From: Octopus sinensis
Lineage: Eukaryota
Direction: 5' to 3'
DNA length: 5,713 nucleotides
NCBI RefSeq assembly: GCF_006345805.1
Contig: NW_021829959.1
Coordinates: forward strand, 1 to 5,713
The translations under genes were made by a program, and so were the position numbers. The notes below the pieces were generated by a model. That model searched no databases and had not been told where the DNA came from. It saw only the letters and a program-made list of their open reading frames with translations. Positions 1 through 5,713 of this stretch are shown piece by piece. Every line of letters starts with the position of its first letter. Within the stretch, counting starts at the first letter, position 1.

Positions 1-435
1 TTATACATATGTATGTATGGTATAAAGTTATTTTTCCCAGCTTGCATGGAAAAATCTTTCATGCGTCATTGCGAAGCATTAATATTTACATAAGAAGTAA
101 ATTTATTTTAAAGAAATCAAATTCTACTACCCCCCCCCATCTCCTTTCCTTCTCCTTCACTAGAAAAGTCAAAAGACAATGAAGCGATGCACACACATGC
201 ACATCCTTACTTATGCACCCGTTTGCACATGCACATACTTATGACAAATATGCCGTCAATCATACATACATACATATAAAGAGTGAAAATATATTAAATA
301 TTCATTTCCGCCTGGGGCAAGCGCCATCTGTCTACAAATCGATCAAGATGGCTGCCATTTTTGCTTTCGTTAATTTATTTTACTTGCCAAGCTTCCTTCA
401 TTACTTACATGCCCTTTCCCTACATTTCTTATTTC

Positions 436-437
<2 letters not shown>

Positions 438-533
<96 letters not shown>
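438..533 (+). repeat. Perfect (TATC)24 tetranucleotide microsatellite
   Basis: Read directly: 96 bp of uninterrupted TATC. It produces the IYLS/YLSI runs in ORFs 213..542 and 361..573. Confidence 0.98.
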
Positions 534-823
534 CGTGCTTAGTTGTAAGCACCTCCCTACATCTTTAAAATGAACGTGAACTTTAAATGAATAGATAGCG
601 AGATAACTACATGTCAAGTTCCGTAGTCTTCAGTTCTCGCTCTATCTCCTGCTTCTATCCCCTGCAAACACACACAAGACACACACAAACAATCATACGC
701 ATATATGGGATTTACAATTGACAAGCACGTACTTGCATTCATATACGTATACACATAAATATAAATATATATATGCATACAATATGTATGACACATATAT
801 ATATTAATAAGCTTGTACATTCT

Positions 824-843
824 ACACACACACACACACACAC
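824..843 (+). repeat. (AC)10 microsatellite inside a degenerate CA/TA-rich region
   Basis: Read directly. It runs into the palindrome CACGCGCGTG (841-850). Confidence 0.9.
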
Positions 844-1362
844 GCGCGTGGAGATCCACAAACACACACATGAGTACACATGCACAGGTATTTAATTTTG
901 TTAATTAACTAATTTGAAGCTATTTCACAGTGTAATTTTAAAAAGTACTAATAACACATATTCTCTTCGTAAACAGAGAAACAAATGGTATGCAAATACG
1001 TCTCATTATTACAGCTAATTGTAGATTGTGATTGATTTAAATAGCGATTAGTTAACACTTCACTGCAGGGGAAGTATAAACGAAGTGTATGTGTCCAATG
1101 ATAAATAGACAAGACAGCGCGAAAAATCTCAGGGCAATATCCACCAGTTATATTCTAATATGTTAAAATTCCACAGGGGGAAGGATTTTATCACTAGATG
1201 AAAGATCACGAAATTTTCCTTTCTAAAATAACCTGCTGTTTGTATATCTCTTTCTTTTGTTTTTTGTTTTTTTTTCATCCCCCAAAAGAAAAGCTCTACC
1301 TTGTAACTTGTCCCATCTGTGTGCAGCCCTGTGTGGCCAATAAAGAAACTTATCTATTTCCC

Positions 1363-1618
1363 TATCTATCTGTCTGTCTATCTGTCTCTCTGTCTTTCTG
1401 TCTGTCTTTCCCTCTGTGTGTGTATAAATATATACATACATACATACATACATACATACCATACATACATACATACATACATACATACATACATACACAC
1501 ACATACATACATACATACATACATACATACATACATACATACATACATACATACATACACCACACACACATACATACATACATACATACATACATACATA
1601 CACACACACATACATACA
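1363..1618 (+). repeat. Compound microsatellite: degenerate (TCTA/TCTG)n, then (TACA)n with CA interruptions
   Basis: TCTR-type units at ~1363-1410 and TACA units at 1433-1618. These explain the five overlapping HTYI/MYVC ORFs. Confidence 0.97.
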
Positions 1619-1680
1619 ATAATAGAAATATTATTATTTTTAAATTTCTCGAAGAGAGTTTTTTAGGAAGTGTTCTTTAA

Positions 1681-1709
1681 AGTAAAGGCTAACATAGTAA
1701 AGGTAACAT
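1681..1709 (+). repeat. Short tandem duplication AGTAAAGG(C)TAACAT x2
   Basis: 1681-1695 agtaaaggctaacat and 1696-1709 agtaaaggtaacat differ by a 1-nt indel. Confidence 0.8.
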
Positions 1710-1842
1710 AATGTGGCAGTGCTGGACTCCCTGTTCGAAAATATTAAGACACAGATATTGTGTCATATAGCCAGCTGGAAACGATGTTTCCTGGGGCTAA
1801 ACAACAGTAACATTCATCCAATCTAGAACTGAAAAATTATGT

Positions 1843-1950
1843 CTTCCACGTACCCATGGAAGGTGCGCGTGCACACAATCTCATATGCACACACACACAT
1901 ACACACGCACATACACACATACACATGCACACATATGTACAAACATATCT
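1843..1950 (+). repeat. Left arm of a long inverted repeat (partner 2713-2836)
   Basis: 1843-1911 matches the reverse complement of 2768-2836 at 66/69 positions by manual alignment. Similarity continues through a degenerate CA tract to a shared CATATG..ACATATCT end. Confidence 0.92.
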
Positions 1951-2077
1951 GATGAAGCCTAGAGGTACACACAATACCCTAATTTTATCAACCGATCACT
2001 ACAGAACACTGAAGAGATGGAAATAACATGTAGGGTTTTGTGACATCTTGGCAGAAACGGCCGTAAGAAATTGTTCT
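1941..2077 (+). ncRNA. Degenerate type I hammerhead-ribozyme-like motif (Penelope-like/retrozyme type)
   Basis: CTGATGA at 1949-1955. Long imperfect helix II: gcctagaggt..cacaatacccta (1957-1981) against tagggttttgtgacatcttggc (2031-2052). GAAA at 2054-2057, then C-GGCC-G palindromic helix III and a GTA triplet at 2063-2065. Helix I is weak and the 10.1/11.1 pair is an A-A mismatch. Confidence 0.55.
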
Positions 2078-2239
2078 TTTTCTATTCTATGAATTACTGG
2101 TACGTATGTATGTAATACACAGTCTTTACATATGAACTTATTCTCATAAATGTTTGAGAATAAATAAATAGACATAATATAATGTCTAACAGTTGATATA
2201 TACTATTTCTGTATTATTCTCTCCATCTTCTTCTTGCCG

Positions 2240-2258
2240 TATATATATATATATATAT
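2240..2258. repeat. (TA)n microsatellite
   Basis: Read directly. It separates the two hammerhead-like segments. Confidence 0.9.
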
Positions 2259-2513
2259 TCGAATTTGGTAAATTGTGGCTTTCGAAACACGTGTAGAATG
2301 CAATAAAAGGATTTCTGTTCAATCTTCGTTCAACTCCATTTCTTCAATTCACTAATAATATTAAAATTCAATTATCCGCACCAACGCACGGTTGCAACAC
2401 CATATGGTTGTACCTCCAACCGTGCTTTCTTCTGCTGTGATTTTTGCTACCAAGGTATCGGTTAAACTTTTGATTAGTCTGCAACAAGATTATTCATCTT
2501 TCTATTTCACCAA
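2259..2513 (+). mobile_element. Putative 5'-truncated Penelope-like pseudo-LTR or retrozyme fragment between two (TA)n tracts
   Basis: CGAAAC-ACGT-GTA (2283-2295) is a hammerhead 3' half with a palindromic loop, followed by AATAAA (2302-2307). Flanked by (TA)n at 2240-2258 and 2514-2535. No CTGANGA lies just upstream, so the family assignment is inference. Confidence 0.4.
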
Positions 2514-2535
2514 ATATATATATATATATATATAT
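2514..2535. repeat. (AT)11 microsatellite
   Basis: Read directly. Confidence 0.92.
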
Positions 2536-2572
2536 TATGCCTGTGTATGTTTATATAAGTAGACTGACGGAC

Positions 2573-2635
2573 AGATAGATAGATTGCTAGATAGACAGAT
2601 AGATAAATAGACAGATAGATAGATAGATAAATTGT

Positions 2636-2717
<82 letters not shown>
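2573..2717 (+). repeat. (GATA)n microsatellite, imperfect 2573-2635 and pure 2636-2717
   Basis: Read directly. It is the reverse-complement motif of the 438-533 array. Confidence 0.97.
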
Positions 2718-2836
2718 TGTGTGTGTGCATATGTGTGTGTGCGTGCGTGTGTGTGCGTGTATGTTTGTGTGCGTGTGTATGTGTGTGTGTGCATATGTGA
2801 TTGTGTGCACGCGCGCCTTCCATGTGTACGTGGAAG
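2713..2836 (-). repeat. Right arm of the long inverted repeat (partner 1843-1950)
   Basis: Reverse complement reads cttccacgtacacatggaaggcgcgcgtgcacacaatcacatatgcacac..., against the left arm cttccacgtacccatggaaggtgcgcgtgcacacaatctcatatgcacac... Confidence 0.92.
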
Positions 2837-4071
2837 CCAGCGAAACAGCGTTAGCGTTGTTGCCGTACACTCTCTATACGAAGAGTAACCAAATTACGTC
2901 CACAGTTACAGCACGTCCTAATGATACACGTTGCAGAGTATAGAACAATAGAGTCCCAGACATATCTTTGCTGATCTAGGGTTAGACGACACAACCACCA
3001 CAACCTGCATTAACACTACCATCGCGATCACCACCACCACAACAACAGTAACAGGAAATAATTTAACCAAAGAGATGAAAAGATGCGGCCAAAATGCTTG
3101 GATTCAATAAACGAGTCTTTTGGCTCTCCTTACTCTCAGTCTCCAAGAGATACTAGAGGAAGTTCGATTATCGGTGATGGTGCGAAAATATCCTGGATAA
3201 GTCAGTGAAAATATATTTGCGGTCGCTGTTAACAATCGTAGTAATGATGTGACGTTATTATGTGATGAATTTTATGATGTCACTTTATGATGTGGCATTC
3301 GAGGACACACGGTGACGTAGGTGTCACGTACCTTAATAAACACTTCGGTGATATCAGTGTCTGTCCAAAGTAAAAATGTCACACTGCAAAACCTGCGTCT
3401 CTTGCATAATCACGGACAGCACACACACACACCGCACACACACACGAACACACGCTCGAATAGAACTTTATCAGTAACATTTGATCTAATTAGGAAAACA
3501 GACTACTTTTTCCGCCGATCCCTTCCATAAGTGACCAAATCGTCTGCGATGTAATTCTCAGCTATTTTCATTACATGACCGTTGACTTCTTTACCAAGAC
3601 CACTACAGGGTATATCTCGGGGTCGTAGCAACACTCACACATAAATAAATAAGCGCACACACATATTCGTACATTCACACACACGGAAGCATACACGCAT
3701 AGGCACAAAATTTGGATATCTACTTAAAATAAAAGCAATCGGCTGATGGATAAGGATTCATTAACCAACAATGTCTAACTTCCCGCGCACACATAGACAT
3801 ACACACACACATATTCCTACTGACAAACGCACATATACGTGCTATTTCCTCTCTATCTGGGCTATACCGATGTTCTAACATCATTAACTCCCCTTGACTT
3901 GTAAAATTCTAGCTCACTTCTCTTCAAGCCTACATTTTTCTTTTCCCTTCCATTTTTTTCTCATCTCACTATCTCAAGCGTTTCTATCCTAGTCACAGAT
4001 ATTGTTTACCCAGTCTGTCATAGTTATAAATTCAAAGCACCGGATTTCCTGTACAGAACTTATACATCATA

Positions 4072-4458
4072 GGCGCAGGTTCTGGGTTCAGTCCCACTGC
4101 GTGATACCTTCGACAAGTGTCTTCTACTATAGCCTCTGGTCGACCAAAGCCTTAAGTGGATTTGGTCGACGGAAACTGAAAGAATCCCGTCGTGCATATA
4201 TATATATATATTATCATGTGTATATCTATATGTGTGTGTGTCTTTGCGTCTGTATTTGTCTCCTCCATCACCGCTTGACAACCGGTGTTGGTGTGCTTGC
4301 ATCCACACAACTTAGTAGTTGGGCAAAAAGACCGATAGAATAAGTACGAGGCTTGAAAAATAAGTTCTGTGGTCGATTTGTTCGACTAAAATACTTCAAG
4401 GCCGTGCTCCAGCATGGCCGCAGTCAAATTATTAAAACAAATAAAAGAATTAAAGAAT
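4072..4458 (+). mobile_element. tRNA-derived SINE, Octopus-type, with internal TA/TG microsatellite and A-rich repeated tail
   Basis: GGCGCAGG start, B-box-like GGTTCAGTCCC (4085-4095), CORE-like ccttcgacaagtgtctt, internal (TA)/(TG) tract at ~4196-4241, 3' gtgctccagcatggccgcagtcaaat and a TAAA(A)GAAT x2 tail. The resemblance to the Octopus SINE is recalled, not from a database search. Confidence 0.85.
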
Positions 4459-4504
4459 TACAGGATCATATACATTACAGAACAGCGATATGTTATTTAG
4501 AAAT

Positions 4505-4616
4505 GCACGATGGCTTCGATACACGAGGGCTTCATTGCACGACAGCTTCATTACACGATGGCTTCAATACACGACGGGTACGGTACACGACGGGTACGGT
4601 ACACGACGGCTTACTT
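4505..4616 (+). repeat. Minisatellite, 7 x 16 bp, consensus ~RCACGAYGGCTTCAWT
   Basis: Units start at 4505, 4521, 4537, 4553, 4569, 4585 and 4601. All contain CACGA in register. Units 5 and 6 are identical (acacgacgggtacggt). Confidence 0.92.
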
Positions 4617-4693
4617 AAGAACAAGCTTTTGCGTGGTTTATTAAAATGGAGATTTTTTATGGTGATTATTCAAACGTGGACAAAAAGATGAAT

Positions 4694-5122
4694 ATTCGGA
4701 TCTTTTCAGTTTGAAGGCCAGATTTTCAAACTGATTTTCTTCGGATCTTTTCTTTCAAATATAATTCTAGGGAACTGAAAAAGCTGTGTACGATGCCAAG
4801 CGAATTTAGCTATTTACGATAAGCGGATGTTTACGTTACAACGAATCTGTAGGTCTGTTTACATGTTACGTTAACTACGTCCAAATAGCTGTTTACGTCA
4901 CAGTAACAATATTTTGAGAGGCAGTAATAATATGAGGTCGAACGAAAGAATACCATTGGTTAAAATTCGAATTATTAAACAACGTTAAACTTAGAAATTA
5001 CAATTCCGTTTTCATTTTGGTTTACAATTATGGTTTCTTTTGACACATTCTACCAGTATACGAAGTTTCAAATTGTTTAGTTAACTAGGAAAATCTGGCC
5101 TTCAAACTGAAAAGATCCGAAT
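4694..5122. mobile_element. MITE-like non-autonomous DNA transposon with perfect 34-bp terminal inverted repeats
   Basis: attcggatcttttcagtttgaaggccagattttc (4694-4727) is the exact reverse complement of 5089-5122. The interior is AT-rich and non-coding. No clear target-site duplication. Confidence 0.8.
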
Positions 5123-5202
5123 CTTCAAACTAACTAATCGGCTGTTTTAATTTCAGCATTCATCTGCCAAAATGATGGTCTACTAAAACTGTAGACCCAT
5201 GC

Positions 5203-5242
5203 AAAAAAAAGAAGAAAAAAAAAAGAAAGAAAGAAAGAAAAA
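5203..5242 (+). repeat. A-rich / (GAAA)n purine tract
   Basis: Read directly. It is the source of the KKEEKKKK run in ORF 5199..5486. Confidence 0.85.
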
Positions 5243-5508
5243 CTTTTTTGATGTAACACCGAACATCTCAGGTTATGGGATAGGAATCTCCGTTTCAAAA
5301 AATCACAGACAAAAACTTTGCTCCTACAATAAAGGAAAGTTCCGTTGTGGGAACCATCGTTCGTTACTAGTAACAAATTGCTGTTCTGCAGCGTATAAAA
5401 ACCTCTCCGTAGTTTGTACATCACAGAGAGGACTGCTTTACTCAGAGAGAGATGACAAGACCAGTTTAGGTGTTGGACAAGGATAAAAAGAGCAATAAGA
5501 TCAGTTAC

Positions 5509-5713
5509 TCATCATCATCATCTTCTTCTTATTCTTCTACTCTCTTCTTCTTTTCTTTCTTCTTCTTCTTCTTCTTCTCTTCTTCTTCTTCTTCTTCTTC
5601 TTCTTTTTTCCCCTTTTTTTCTTCTTCTTCTTCTCTTCTTCTTCTTTCTTCTCTTCTTCTTCTTCTTCTTCTTCTTCTTCTTCTTCTTCTTCTTCTTCTC
5701 TTCTTCTTCTTCT
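5509..5713 (+). repeat. (TCA)4 grading into an imperfect (TTC)n array that runs off the window end
   Basis: Read directly. 5540-5713 contains only C and T. Confidence 0.97.

Noticed and set aside
213-871. ORFs 213..542, 361..573 and 614..871
   Set aside because: They are open because TATC and CA/TA repeats lack stops in those frames. The products are low-complexity with no recognisable domain.
1198-1680. Five overlapping ORFs on both strands
   Set aside because: All are translations of the (TACA)n array.
438-2717. Long-range inverted pairing of (TATC)n with (GATA)n
   Set aside because: Both are a very common microsatellite and their flanks share no homology.
2507-2943. Four ORFs over the GATA/GT repeats
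   Set aside because: Microsatellite translations.
3244-3330. ATGATGT repeats, a box C-like GTGATGA (3262-3268) and TGACGT CRE-like sites
   Set aside because: No box D (CTGA) at a suitable distance and no terminal stem for a C/D snoRNA. The short motifs are compatible with low-complexity chance.
4072-4110. tRNA gene
   Set aside because: Only a B-box/T-arm-like piece is present, with no cloverleaf. It is the SINE head.
4052-4483. Target-site duplication around the SINE (atcata, tatacat and tacagaac on both sides)
   Set aside because: The matches are short, not collinear and not flush with both element ends.
4505-4616. CRISPR-like array
   Set aside because: The units are contiguous 16-mers with no unique spacers, there are no cas genes, and the context is eukaryotic.
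4002-4691. ORFs 4002..4343, 4060..4308 and 4353..4691
   Set aside because: They run across the SINE and the 16-bp minisatellite. The recurring HDG motif comes from the DNA repeat.
5177-5197. Hairpin GGTCTAC/GTAGACC before an A tract, resembling a minus-strand intrinsic terminator
   Set aside because: The context is eukaryotic and a 7-bp stem is expected by chance in 5.7 kb.
5134-5486. ORFs 5134..5424 and 5199..5486
   Set aside because: Short, driven by the A/GAAA tract, and with no recognisable transposase or other motif.

Overview
AT-rich, non-coding animal genomic DNA with many microsatellites and no credible protein-coding gene. Every ORF in the track is a microsatellite translation or a chance frame across repeats. 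A tRNA-derived SINE at ~4072-4458 resembles, from memory only, the abundant Octopus SINE, so a cephalopod intron or intergenic region is the likely source. Less obvious structure: (i) a ~1 kb block (1843-2836) bounded by inverted repeats matching at 66/69 bp; (ii) inside it, a degenerate type I hammerhead-ribozyme-like motif (CTGATGA...long hairpin...GAAAC-GGCC-GTA) and a second hammerhead 3' half (CGAAAC-ACGT-GTA...AATAAA), suggesting Penelope-like or retrozyme remnants between (TA)n tracts; (iii) a 429-bp MITE-like element with perfect 34-bp terminal inverted repeats (4694-5122); (iv) a 7 x 16-bp minisatellite just upstream of it; (v) a pure pyrimidine (TTC)n tract of at least 174 nt at the window end.
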